Assembly (NCBI GenBank): GCA_964549615.1 | Contig: CAZJVP010000094.1 | Coordinates: 1 to 52,119, forward strand | Source: an uncultured Thermococci archaeon | GTDB taxonomy: Archaea > CAYQAE01 > CAYVLA01 | Length of the DNA stretch: 52,119 nucleotides | Direction: 5' to 3' | In this document: positions 1 through 9,637 of the stretch, piece by piece | How the letters are laid out: every line of letters starts with the position of its first letter | Numbering within the stretch: position 1 is the first letter of the stretch | Notes under the pieces: generated by a model | Told to the model about the DNA's origin: nothing | The model's database searches: none | What the model saw: the letters and a program-made list of their open reading frames with translations, nothing else | Program-made: the position numbers and the translations under genes

Positions 1-448
1 AACCTACATCGCTGCGCCCGGCATCGTCCTCGTGCTGGGGCTGTCCTTCTTGGAAGCTTCGGCCGTCGCCATGCGATCCAAGACGACGATCACCGAGGGG
101 GCGTACCTTGAGCTTCATCAGCTCAAGGAACTTGTGCCCGAAAAATGCGCGATCGTCGGCATGGCCAGGGAGGCGTACTGGTACGAATCTGTTCTGCACA
201 AGAGGATCGTCAGCAGCACCTACGTGGAGTCCGAGGACTACTCTGACGAGGCTCGGCTATACATCGTCACCTCCGCGTCAGCGGTCCGCAATCCCAGACA
301 GGGGACCGTTCCATTGACGGCGCCTCAAGGGCCCTCCCCATCCCCCGGGCCGTTCCCCGGACCCCAGCGGCTCAGCCCCCTTGCAAAGCTCATCTTCAAC
401 GGCCGTTACATCACCGCCTACCTCATACCCCCGGGGCCGAGGACGTAG
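1..448 (+). CDS. 3' end of a membrane-associated hypothetical protein (5'-truncated by the window edge)
   Basis: Frame is open from base 2 (TYIAAPGIVLVLGLSFLE...). A hydrophobic segment is followed by a soluble domain with a Pro-rich insert (PQGPSPSPGPFPGPQ). Confidence 0.7.
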   Translation, partial: TYIAAPGIVLVLGLSFLEASAVAMRSKTTITEGAYLELHQLKELVPEKCAIVGMAREAYWYESVLHKRIVSSTYVESEDYSDEARLYIVTSASAVRNPRQGTVPLTAPQGPSPSPGPFPGPQRLSPLAKLIFNGRYITAYLIPPGPRT

Positions 449-486
449 AGCGCCATCTCGATCCGACCAATGCCCAAGAAATCCGA

Positions 487-493
487 TTTATAT
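487..493 (+). promoter_or_regulatory. Archaeal TATA box (TTTATAT) for the DUF72 gene
   Basis: AT-rich box in a GC-rich background, 28 nt before the ATG at 522, with purine-rich CAAGAAA upstream. Confidence 0.6.
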
Positions 494-521
494 GGGCCGT
501 CAACCCTTTGCCTAGAAGAGC

Positions 522-1355
522 ATGGGCGAAATCCGAATCGGCTGCAGCGGCTGGTCGTACGACGATTGGGTGGGATCGTTCTATCCGCCGGGCACTGAGC
601 CTGGCCAGATGTTCGGTGCCTACGTGCAGAGCTTCGACACCGTTGAGGTCAACAGCACCTTCTACAGGATCCCGAATCAATGGATGGTCAAGAGCTGGGC
701 ATCGAAATCTCCCCCTGACTTTTTGTTCTCCGCAAAGATGTACCAAGGCGTGACCCACGAAAAGGAGATGCGCTCGGTGAAGCCGGTCTACGACCAGTTC
801 ATGGCCGCAATGCTGCCCCTAAAGGGCAAGATCGGCTCCATACTCATCCAGATGCCCCAGCGCTTCAAGGCGACTGAGTCCAACTACGCGCTCTTGGAGG
901 ACTTCCTGTCAATGCTGCATGAGGATGTCGACTTCACGGCCGAGTTCCGCGATCGCTCCTGGTTTGACCAGAGGACGTTCAACCTGCTTGAGAATTACAA
1001 CGTTGCATTCTGCGTCGTGAGCCAACCGCAGTTCAAGGGCCTCATCCCGCCCGAGCCGGTCGTAACGGCCAAACATGCATACGCCCGATTCCACGGCCTG
1101 AACTACCAGAAATGGTATTCTGGAGAGGGCAGCGAAAGGTACAACTACCTCTACTCGAAGGAGGAGCTGTTGGAGTGGAAGCCCAAGATCGAGCACATGC
1201 AGGACCGGGCAACGAGGACCGTCTACGTCTACTTCAACAACCACCCGAGCGGCCAGGCACCGGCGAACGCTAAGATGATGCTTGATATTCTGGGCGCAAG
1301 GCCCAAGTTGCCTAAAGTTCTTCCGACAATGGGGACTCGACAGAAGACCCTCTAG
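522..1355 (+). CDS. DUF72 (YecE-like) TIM-barrel protein
   Basis: IGCSGWSYDDWVGSFYP, VEVNSTFY, YARFHG, YNYLYS and YFNNH motifs. Confidence 0.92.
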   Translation: MGEIRIGCSGWSYDDWVGSFYPPGTEPGQMFGAYVQSFDTVEVNSTFYRIPNQWMVKSWASKSPPDFLFSAKMYQGVTHEKEMRSVKPVYDQFMAAMLPLKGKIGSILIQMPQRFKATESNYALLEDFLSMLHEDVDFTAEFRDRSWFDQRTFNLLENYNVAFCVVSQPQFKGLIPPEPVVTAKHAYARFHGLNYQKWYSGEGSERYNYLYSKEELLEWKPKIEHMQDRATRTVYVYFNNHPSGQAPANAKMMLDILGARPKLPKVLPTMGTRQKTL

Positions 1356-1380
1356 GCCCGCCTCCGGAAGTACCGGTCCT

Positions 1381-1725
1381 TTACTGTCTCTTCCTTATCT
1401 CAAGCCAGCGCTGGGCCTCGGATCGGCCCTCGAAGCCCTCCCAGTTCTTTGACCTCTCAAGGCTGTCCAGAAGTTCCGAGACCCTCGATCTGAAGCCGTT
1501 GCGGACTTGCTTAAGTTCGGACTTCTGAAGGCCGGCGGCCTCGGCCCACTGGGACACCGCCGCGGGCATCTCGCCACCCTTTTCGTACAGCTCCTTGAAC
1601 TCCTCAAGCTCCAAAGTTTCGGCGAAAACGGACGCAAGGAAACGGCCAGCCTCCCTTGGGCCCCCCTCCTTTGTGTCCTTCATGATCCTGTCGAACTCCG
1701 CCCTATCGGGGCTGAACTCTGCCAT
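1381..1725 (-). CDS. Hypothetical protein, 114 aa, charged and helical
   Basis: ATG-start ORF convergent with DUF72 that fills the gap, with natural protein composition. No motif recognised. Confidence 0.6.
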   Translation of the reverse strand: MAEFSPDRAEFDRIMKDTKEGGPREAGRFLASVFAETLELEEFKELYEKGGEMPAAVSQWAEAAGLQKSELKQVRNGFRSRVSELLDSLERSKNWEGFEGRSEAQRWLEIRKRQ

Positions 1726-1865
1726 GTAGATCAGGCCGCGCTCGTGATGTTGGAAGATAAGTCTTTCCGGCCGTCGGCCGTCTCCAAACGGGCCTTGGCC
1801 GGTGCCCGGCTCGTCAGTAGCATGCTGTATGATCTGCCCGGGATGGTCTCAGATCAACCCGGGAC

Positions 1866-2714
1866 TCAGATCCCGAGGAGCCGTGAAGCGTTCTCGCGCC
1901 CGATCCTGCGCTTGTGCTTCAGCGGTATCCTCATCTTCACCAATAGCGGGATGATGGGTAGCTCCTGGCCAGGATGTATGCAGTCCGTCCCGAACAGAAG
2001 CTTCCTGGAGAACTCCCTCAGGAAATCCTCCGCGTGCGCCATGTCCCTCTCAAGCGCGTTGTAGCCAGACATGGCCGACAGGTCTCCGTAGACGTTGTCG
2101 AAGGCGGAAAGTAACTCCGCCACCCTGCCGCCCTCCTTGACGGGACCGGTGGGATATGTGGCCTTTGGATCCACCTCGCCGGATATCTCTCTCCACCACC
2201 CCGGTCCGTGCGCCAGGAACGTTGTACCCGGAAGGGTTCGCAGGACCCTCTCGAAACGAGGCAGGCCGACCGAATCGGTGTTTCGAAGGTTGTCCATGTG
2301 AAGAAGCACGGGAATGCCAAGGTACCCGCACGCCTCGTAGATCTTCATCGACCTTGGGTCGTCGACAGGCAATCCCGCAAGGTGTTCCCCGAATCCCCTT
2401 GCCCCTTTCCTGACGTACCTCTCGATCAGCCCGAGAAAGTCTGTTGAGGTGTCCGCCGGCCCCCTCCGCGGATCCACACAACAGAAGGGAACAAGCCGGT
2501 GAGGGAATCTTCTGCACGCCGAGATCACCTGGCTGCTCAGCACGTAATAGAAGGTCTCCTCCGGGTTCTCGATCGAGAGCACCACGGCTTTCTCGATCCC
2601 TTCACGATCCATCCTGGAAACCAGCTGCCTCGCCGTCTGGCCTTTCCCGGGCGCTATCTCGCCTATGTGCGTGTGCACGTCGATTAGGTGAAGGTCTCTG
2701 GCGCTGAGCCCCAC
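1866..2714 (-). CDS. Amidohydrolase_2 family metal-dependent hydrolase
   Basis: IDVHTH, GFGEH, PVLLH, LAHG and LLFGTD motifs. Start moved to GTG 2714, which follows a GGAGG and an ATTTAAG box near 2755. Confidence 0.88.
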   Translation of the reverse strand: MGLSARDLHLIDVHTHIGEIAPGKGQTARQLVSRMDREGIEKAVVLSIENPEETFYYVLSSQVISACRRFPHRLVPFCCVDPRRGPADTSTDFLGLIERYVRKGARGFGEHLAGLPVDDPRSMKIYEACGYLGIPVLLHMDNLRNTDSVGLPRFERVLRTLPGTTFLAHGPGWWREISGEVDPKATYPTGPVKEGGRVAELLSAFDNVYGDLSAMSGYNALERDMAHAEDFLREFSRKLLFGTDCIHPGQELPIIPLLVKMRIPLKHKRRIGRENASRLLGI

Positions 2715-2852
2715 CGCGGACGAGCCTCCCGCCTGCGCCTTTCGTCCCTTTCTTAAATCTATCGGTGCTTCTTCTTCGCTTCTCTGCCGCCGCCTTCTGC
2801 CGGGATCCTCAACACTTTTCATCGGTCCCGCCCATCCCGTTGCTGACTCCTG

Positions 2853-3953
2853 ATGTCACGCAAGACGCTCGGTGGCGTTGAGAGAAGCCTCCGAGAACTG
2901 AACTTCCAGGAAAACGACAGGGTGCCCATCGCGGGGGGCTTCATCTGCAAAGCAAGCTTTCTTGAGAAGGTGGCGGGGATGGGGCCCTTCTGGTCCAACC
3001 CCAGGGCGATAGCCATCGAGGCTTACAGGAAGCTTGGGACCGATCTGATCGTCCAGTTCGTCATGCCCAAGCGCCCCGAGGACTGCACCGATTCGACGAC
3101 GGCGACGAACTTCTCCAAAAGGAGCTGTCCGCCGCCTACCCACACGGCGGAGTCCGTGGTCGAGTTCGTCAACGATCTCCCCTCCCCGGCCGAGATCCAC
3201 AAGAACTTCGACTCAGAGGCCGTCTACAGGGATTTCGTCAGGGTCATGCTGGACGGGCAGAGGGAGATGGGCGACATGCTCTGGATTCCCTTCTGCGCAG
3301 CAGCCTGTCGCTTCATGTGGTACTCCGACTTCGGCTTCCGGCCATACCTTTTAGCGCTTGCCAGGTACCCAGATGAGATGGAGAGGCTGTTCCGATACTC
3401 GGGCGAGGAGGCAAGGCTGAGGAACGAGGCCGTCGCCAGGGCCATCCGCGACAGGGGTCTTCCCCCCTTCCTCTACTTCGGCGAGGACATCTGCTACAAC
3501 AGGGGACCGATGGTTCCGGTGAAGCTCCTCAGGGAGATCTACTTCCCGCACCTTAGACGGGCGATCCAACCCTTGAAGGATGCTGGGGCCAAAATCATCT
3601 GGCACTCCGACGGAAACATACTGCCCATCCTACGCGACCTGCTGGATTGCGGGATCGACGGCTTCCAAGGCTTCCAAGGCGAAACCGACCGCAGGCTTGG
3701 GGAGCTTGCAGCCATGAAGTCGAGATCCGGAAGGAAGCTGATCCTCTGGGGAAGCATTTCGGTCAGCTCGACCCTGCCCTTCGGCTCCAAGAATGATGTG
3801 AAGAGGGAGGTCGAAAGATGCATCGACGCGGCCGCCGAGGGCGGCGGCTTCTTCCTCTCACCTTCCAGTTCGGTCGGACCTGACGTGCCGGATGAGAACA
3901 TCTTGACCATGTACCGACACGCCGTGGAGTACGGCACCAAGGCAAGGGCGTAG
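2853..3953 (+). CDS. Uroporphyrinogen decarboxylase / MtaA-CmuA superfamily protein
   Basis: FGEDICYNRGPMV, IIWHSDGNI, LWGSIS, LPFGS..DVKREV and GGGFFLSPSS..PDVPDENI motifs. Confidence 0.85.
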   Translation: MSRKTLGGVERSLRELNFQENDRVPIAGGFICKASFLEKVAGMGPFWSNPRAIAIEAYRKLGTDLIVQFVMPKRPEDCTDSTTATNFSKRSCPPPTHTAESVVEFVNDLPSPAEIHKNFDSEAVYRDFVRVMLDGQREMGDMLWIPFCAAACRFMWYSDFGFRPYLLALARYPDEMERLFRYSGEEARLRNEAVARAIRDRGLPPFLYFGEDICYNRGPMVPVKLLREIYFPHLRRAIQPLKDAGAKIIWHSDGNILPILRDLLDCGIDGFQGFQGETDRRLGELAAMKSRSGRKLILWGSISVSSTLPFGSKNDVKREVERCIDAAAEGGGFFLSPSSSVGPDVPDENILTMYRHAVEYGTKARA

Positions 3954-3970
3954 GGCCTCTGGTTAGGAGA

Positions 3971-5995
3971 TCAAGTGCTCTTGGGCTTGCGCTTGGATGG
4001 CCTCTTTCGCGCCAGACGCTTCATCACGATCTGCACGTTCGCAGCTATGATCTCGGGCATTATGGGGCCTCCCCCGTAGGTGTCGTTGACCGGGTCGAAC
4101 GTGTCGGCAAAGAGGGTATCCCACGCCCCTTCCCTCACCGCCTCGGCCGAGAACTCGGATCTGAACATCCATTGGGGGTCGTCATGGTCGATCATCCAAC
4201 GGAGGACCGCCGTGGTGACTCCCCTCTGGTACGTCTCCCAGTCAATCTCGGGATCGACCTTGGCCCAATCGATGCCGAGCTGGTCCGACTTGTGGAAAAC
4301 GCTCAGCACCTCCCACTGCACGTGCTTGGATGTCCAGTCGCTCAGGAACCAACAGGTGCTGTTGAAGCATGGCTTGGTGTTGTAGATCATCGAGACGTCC
4401 ATGGGCTGCCAGAGGTGGGTGAACGGCAGCAGACACCTGATGAAGTGCCGAGCTCGCTCCAGGTACCTTTCATCTCCAAGATCCCTGTAGCCCAAGTAGT
4501 AAGCGATCGCTGCATTTCCCGCGGCAAGCAGGTTCGGGCTGCGTAGAGGGGTCTCCCACCAGTCTCCTCCCTCCGGTCGTTCGAACCTCATGGCAAACTC
4601 CAGAGCTTTCCTGGCCGCTTCCAGGAACCTCTCCTTGTGCAGCTTCTCCCCGGCCTGAAGGAGCGCGATCGAAGCCGTGGCACACAGGTCCAATGCCGAA
4701 TCCCCGGGTAGGCCCAGCGGCCTCCACAGGGCTGCCTTCTCGGTGAGGTTGGTCTTGTGCCTGCCGGCGGGATCGAACGGGAAATCTCCCTCGGGCGTTT
4801 GGAGCTTGAGCAGGTTCTCGGCATCATCGATCATCGCCCTGCGCCGCTGGGCTGCCGAGGCCCTTCTTCCCTGCTGCTTCAGGCACCAAGCAACCTTCTC
4901 CTTGAGGCCGCGGGCGGTATCTGCGCATCTGCCATGCCTTGCGTAGTCCAAGACGAACCGGGGCACGTTGGGAGAGCCCCTGCCCCTGAATCCCCATCCC
5001 TGACCGTCCACCCACAGGTGTGAGTTGTAGGCCTCTGCGATGCGATCTAGAGCATCTTCCCAATCGTACCGCGGGGCTCCGGGATCGGGCATGCCATTCC
5101 TCCTGACCCATTCGACCACGGCGTCCAAGCTGGTTCCATTCACCACCGAGATCGCGGCGTCGAGGTCAAGCCTCATGCCTCTCGGGACTGGAACCGGGGG
5201 ATCGGCTTCCAACTGGTTCTCCCTCAGTCCCCAGCGGGCGCTGGGCAGCATAAGGCCGAAGAGGTGATGGTTCATCCGATCAATGAAGTTTGGCGTAGCG
5301 AAGACCGGCTGCGGACATCTGATCCTACTCACGTGGGATAAGGCGGATTGATGCGGATCCCACGAAAGGCTTATGGCAACGCCGTCGTGGCTCAGTGCCA
5401 TCACGGGAATGGCCACCTTGTAGGGGTGGGGTGCAACCCTCAGGGCTTCGGGGTGCTCGAACCAGTCGGTGCCGCTTGACCACTCATCCCCGACGACCCA
5501 GTCGATTCCGGGAAAGATCGCATCGTGGCGAGCGCTCCCGAAGCTCCCGGCCCCAATCCGCAGCCAGATCCCCCTCAGGCTACGAAGCTCAATGGCAGCC
5601 TGGGCGACCAGCCTCATCCTGTAGCGAATCACAGCGTCGCCTGTTGGAAGCTCCAGCGTGACGGAGCCTTTCAGGAGCGGTCCGCCCTCATGGTTGGACG
5701 AGAGTGCCTCCCGAGATTGGACCTCGAACGTGAGCGCCTGCGACGCTTCGGTCTTTGCGAGTTTGGATTCCTTGGCTTCCAGACGCAGAGGCCTAGCATG
5801 GCCCGCGATATGGGCCTCAGCAAGATTCTCCAGGATCGCGAAGAACCTCGAGGGTCCATCCTGGCCTTTGCCGACGAGGAGTTCGCCCCAGCCCCAGCCC
5901 GTGATCCGCTTGTGTAACTCGAGGCGCAAGTAACGATTCTCCAGCACAGACGTCTCTCCCGCATAGCTTGCCTCCCGGTAGCGCGGCATCTTCAT
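3971..5995 (-). CDS. Hypothetical protein: beta-sandwich N-terminus plus probable (alpha/alpha)6 glycosidase-like C-terminus
   Basis: Long ORF with helical-hairpin repeats (ERFLEAARKALEF, DERYLERARHF) and PEGGDWWETP. Start moved to ATG 5995 after GAGGGA. Confidence 0.65.
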   Translation of the reverse strand: MKMPRYREASYAGETSVLENRYLRLELHKRITGWGWGELLVGKGQDGPSRFFAILENLAEAHIAGHARPLRLEAKESKLAKTEASQALTFEVQSREALSSNHEGGPLLKGSVTLELPTGDAVIRYRMRLVAQAAIELRSLRGIWLRIGAGSFGSARHDAIFPGIDWVVGDEWSSGTDWFEHPEALRVAPHPYKVAIPVMALSHDGVAISLSWDPHQSALSHVSRIRCPQPVFATPNFIDRMNHHLFGLMLPSARWGLRENQLEADPPVPVPRGMRLDLDAAISVVNGTSLDAVVEWVRRNGMPDPGAPRYDWEDALDRIAEAYNSHLWVDGQGWGFRGRGSPNVPRFVLDYARHGRCADTARGLKEKVAWCLKQQGRRASAAQRRRAMIDDAENLLKLQTPEGDFPFDPAGRHKTNLTEKAALWRPLGLPGDSALDLCATASIALLQAGEKLHKERFLEAARKALEFAMRFERPEGGDWWETPLRSPNLLAAGNAAIAYYLGYRDLGDERYLERARHFIRCLLPFTHLWQPMDVSMIYNTKPCFNSTCWFLSDWTSKHVQWEVLSVFHKSDQLGIDWAKVDPEIDWETYQRGVTTAVLRWMIDHDDPQWMFRSEFSAEAVREGAWDTLFADTFDPVNDTYGGGPIMPEIIAANVQIVMKRLARKRPSKRKPKST

Positions 5996-6382
5996 TTCCC
6001 TCGGGAAAACGGCTGGCCGCCGTTTGATAATGATGTCGGTCAACGATACGCCGCCTCGAACCGCCGCCTTCATCCGCCCGCGACGGCCATTGAAGGGCAC
6101 CTATTTCAACGTCGGGCCGGACTCGAAACCACCTATGCCTTGGCCGTTGATCTCGACTGCCGAGCCCAAGGCGCGCCCGAGGATGTGGCTCTGCCCGTTG
6201 CTCCCGGGCCGCCACCACTCAGGCGATCGGCGCACGGCTTGCCAACGAGGAAAAGATCGGGTGCGTCGCGAAAAGGTGGGGTGTCCGACGCGGGGCGCCC
6301 ATCCAAAAAGAGACGGGGTACCAACGCGCGCGGCCACGTTCGCGGAAATGAAAGGGAAAAACCCGGCAAGGGGTGAACGGTA

Positions 6383-7168
6383 TTGCCGACATGGGTATGC
6401 AGGACCTGTAGATATGAGTATACCGGGGCGGCTCCGCCGAGGGAGTGCCCCCAGTGCAGCGCTTCGTCGCGGGAATTCGTTGAGAAGAAGCCCAGGGAAA
6501 GACTAACCTACGATGGACAAGCGTTCGATGTGCTCCTGGTGAACGCGAGCAGCCACAGCGCCCACGGCTCAAGGATCGTCGCGGAGTTGGCCGAAAAAGC
6601 GCTCGCCCGAAGGGGAGTCAGCTTCAGGAGCTACAACCTCAACGAACACAACATCGAACATTGCTGGTGCTGCTACAGCATGCGGAACGCGGCGTGCACG
6701 TACCCGTGCAGAAACCAGCATGACGACATGCCGGCCTTCCACGAGATGATCATCAACTCCAAGGCGGTCATCGTGGTTTCGCCCATAAACTGGAACGGCA
6801 TGTCTGCAAGGCTTAAGGACTTCATGGACAGGCTCACCTGCATACAGAACCGGTGCCTATTAAGGAGGAGGGCCTTCACGATAGGGAAGGTCGTGGGGAT
6901 ACTCGTGAACGGACACGAGGATGGCGGAGTGAAGACGGCCATGGACATCTTCGTCTACTTCCAACAGTTGGGATACATCCTAGCGCCATTCGGATTCGCC
7001 TACAGAACGCACGGCGCGGAGCACGACACGAAGACGGACGAGGAGTTCTTCGCGAACGACGAGAAGCTGAGGCAGGAAGTGGAGGGAGTCGTCAACAACG
7101 TCGTCGAAATGGTCAGGCTCGACGCGGAATCGAAGATCAGGGACAAGATAATCCCCGTGTGCGAATGA
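6383..7168 (+). CDS. Rubredoxin-like zinc ribbon fused to a flavodoxin / iron-sulfur flavoprotein (FMN_red) domain
   Basis: N-terminal CRTC...CPQC, then CWCC..C..PC, SPINW.GMS.RLK.F.DRL. GGGGTGA SD before the TTG. Confidence 0.85.
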   Translation: MPTWVCRTCRYEYTGAAPPRECPQCSASSREFVEKKPRERLTYDGQAFDVLLVNASSHSAHGSRIVAELAEKALARRGVSFRSYNLNEHNIEHCWCCYSMRNAACTYPCRNQHDDMPAFHEMIINSKAVIVVSPINWNGMSARLKDFMDRLTCIQNRCLLRRRAFTIGKVVGILVNGHEDGGVKTAMDIFVYFQQLGYILAPFGFAYRTHGAEHDTKTDEEFFANDEKLRQEVEGVVNNVVEMVRLDAESKIRDKIIPVCE

Positions 7169-7192
7169 GTCTAGAGCGCGCTCGCCAACGTC

Positions 7193-9637
7193 TCAGTTCC
7201 GTCCCTGAATGCGCAACGTCACTATCTCATGGGGCAGGGAGGGAAATTGGATGACCCGTCCCCTAGCCTTCGCCGGCATCACGGGCTCCTCAAGAAGGTT
7301 GCAGATCCACGAATGCCCGGGACGGAAAGGAAGCTGGAGTCGGACCTCGCACCGCCGACCGATGGTCTCGTAACCCCTGACGATCAAATCCTGACCGGCG
7401 CGTTTCAACACTACCACCTCGAACGTGTCCGGGTAACACCGGAGAAACGATTTGGATGCGGCCTCGATGTGCAAGCCGGAAAGGCATAGGGGCGGCGAGT
7501 TGTAGGAGTGGGCCATCTTCGCAACCCCGGATGTCCTCCAAGACCGGGCGTGCGGATAGAGAGCGTACTGGAACGTATGGTCGCCCTCCTCGCGTGCCAG
7601 CACGCACCGGCTGTCGTCGTTCTCGTACTCCAAACCGAGCCTCTTCCTCGCCTCGTAGTACCCGGCGAAGCGGGAGAAAGAGCGCATGAGCACCATGTCC
7701 AAGCTTCCCTTCCTGACCCAGTAGCCGGCCGTGCCGCGGTTGAGAAGTGCCACCCCCTTCTGCCCGTCGTGGCAATCAACGAAGGTCTGGGCACAGAAGT
7801 GCTGGTCAAGCTGCCTCTCCGTCACCGCGAAAGGGGTCTCGTAACACGCACGAGCTCTGTCCCAGTCTAGATTCAGAGGGAATCGTACCTCCAACATCAG
7901 ATCGGCACCCCTGTAACCTAGGATGGCCGTCTCCATGTCGACGCGCTCCATCCCCCTGTACAGGAATATCCTCTGGAGACGCTCGAAATCCAGGAACTTT
8001 CCCTTCACCTCGATCCACGAACCCAGTCGATCCTCAAACGCCGCCACCTTCGGGCGAGCGAAGTCTTCCGGCCTGTGAACGCGTCCCGTGAAGGAAAGCC
8101 GGCCCTCCATATCCGGGTCATCCTCCTCCAAGGCCACCAACTCATTTCCGGGCCCCGCCAGAACCTCATGGCCCATCTTCTTGTGCAGGATGCTACTGAT
8201 CGATCCCGTCCTGGGGTCCACGGAGACGCGCAGGAACTCGTTTTCCATCGAGCACGGCCCACTCCGGCCTCCTTGATGGCGACTGCTCGGCTCGCGCCCC
8301 CCGACCCGGTACCTACGGAAGCCAAGCCCAGGAAGGTTTCGCGCCAAGAAATCCACGAAGGTGCCATCGTTGCTCGTCCGGATCCTGGTCGGGACTGCTC
8401 GCCGACCGTCTAGCAGTCCGCTTTCCACCTCCTCATGCCCAACCTCCACCGTGCAGACCTCTGTACGCGGGAAGCTCAGGCAATTGAAGGCGGCGAGGTG
8501 CTTGCCCCCCTTTCTAGCCCGGGCCAGCCGTACCGCGCACTGAATCGCCAACTGCCTTGACCTCTCCTTCACGTCAAGGAGCCTCTTCATCGCCCCGCGA
8601 TACACCGCGTCGTAGTGGCTTCCTCCGATTATGTCGTGGAAATGACAGTAGATGAGATTCTTCCAAAGGCCGTCCATCTTCATCGAAGACCTGCCTCCGA
8701 GAGACCATGCCAACGTGGACAGCCTCTCGGCGCACAGGATCCAGTTCTCCGCCTCCCGGTTTCTCTTCTTCAGTTCCACCCGGTTGTCGTAGGTACCTCT
8801 CAGGTCGCCGTCCAGAGGCGGGTTGAAATCCGTCCGAACCACGCGCCGCACCGGCCCCCCGGCAAGACGCTCGGCCAAGAAACGGCTGGGCGTGGATGGG
8901 CCGATCCAATCAACCTGCAGGCCAAGCTCCCTTGCAGCTCTGCCGACGATCGACCTGATCTGGCCCGAATCGTGGACTGGGACGGAAATGTCGCTTCCCC
9001 ATGGAAGCATGACCACGTCCGATGTCCTGTGTGCGCAGACCGCTGCAAGAACCGGCTTCACATTGTCGATCCCCGCAGCGTAATGGCCAGACATCCAGTG
9101 GGTCAGTATGCGGGAGCCGTCCGGTGACTCGTACCAGAACTCGCTGGGCATCTTCGCCGCCTGCGAGGGATCAACTCCCCGGGAAAAGACGAAGCAACGG
9201 TATCCGGACTTCCGGAGGATCTGAGGCAACTGGGTGCACTGCCCGAAGGTGTCGATGTTCCATGCGCACTGGACGTCAACTCCCAGGTTCTTGGAGAACC
9301 AACGTTTGCCGTAGAGTATCTGTCTGACGAGGCATTCGCCGTTAGGCTCCGCCACCTCGGGCTGGACGTACATCCCGCCGACCATCTCGAACTTTCCCTC
9401 CGAGATGCGCCGCGCAAGGAGATCTTTCTGGTCCCTGCACAGAGCTTGCAGCGCCGGCTTCACAACGGTGACTTGGTCTTGGCAGAAACAGTAGTCTGGA
9501 TCCCTCGCCATTATGCCTAGGGCGGCCTTCATGGTCCTCACTGCAAAGGCGTGCATTGTTCGCCGCGACCAATACCATTCGGTGTCTATGTGGGAATGTG
9601 GGACGACGTGGATCCGCAGGCGGGCTTTACTGGCCAT
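7193..9637 (-). CDS. Glycoside hydrolase family 38 (alpha-mannosidase-like)
   Basis: HSHIDTEW zinc motif, NIDTFG nucleophile and HFHDIIGGS. The ATG at 9637 overlaps the upstream stop (TGATG). Confidence 0.92.
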   Translation of the reverse strand: MASKARLRIHVVPHSHIDTEWYWSRRTMHAFAVRTMKAALGIMARDPDYCFCQDQVTVVKPALQALCRDQKDLLARRISEGKFEMVGGMYVQPEVAEPNGECLVRQILYGKRWFSKNLGVDVQCAWNIDTFGQCTQLPQILRKSGYRCFVFSRGVDPSQAAKMPSEFWYESPDGSRILTHWMSGHYAAGIDNVKPVLAAVCAHRTSDVVMLPWGSDISVPVHDSGQIRSIVGRAARELGLQVDWIGPSTPSRFLAERLAGGPVRRVVRTDFNPPLDGDLRGTYDNRVELKKRNREAENWILCAERLSTLAWSLGGRSSMKMDGLWKNLIYCHFHDIIGGSHYDAVYRGAMKRLLDVKERSRQLAIQCAVRLARARKGGKHLAAFNCLSFPRTEVCTVEVGHEEVESGLLDGRRAVPTRIRTSNDGTFVDFLARNLPGLGFRRYRVGGREPSSRHQGGRSGPCSMENEFLRVSVDPRTGSISSILHKKMGHEVLAGPGNELVALEEDDPDMEGRLSFTGRVHRPEDFARPKVAAFEDRLGSWIEVKGKFLDFERLQRIFLYRGMERVDMETAILGYRGADLMLEVRFPLNLDWDRARACYETPFAVTERQLDQHFCAQTFVDCHDGQKGVALLNRGTAGYWVRKGSLDMVLMRSFSRFAGYYEARKRLGLEYENDDSRCVLAREEGDHTFQYALYPHARSWRTSGVAKMAHSYNSPPLCLSGLHIEAASKSFLRCYPDTFEVVVLKRAGQDLIVRGYETIGRRCEVRLQLPFRPGHSWICNLLEEPVMPAKARGRVIQFPSLPHEIVTLRIQGRN

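Noticed and set aside
6000-6380. Several short ORFs in the intergenic region
   Set aside because: Arg/Pro-rich shadow-like composition, and no RNA gene signature seen.
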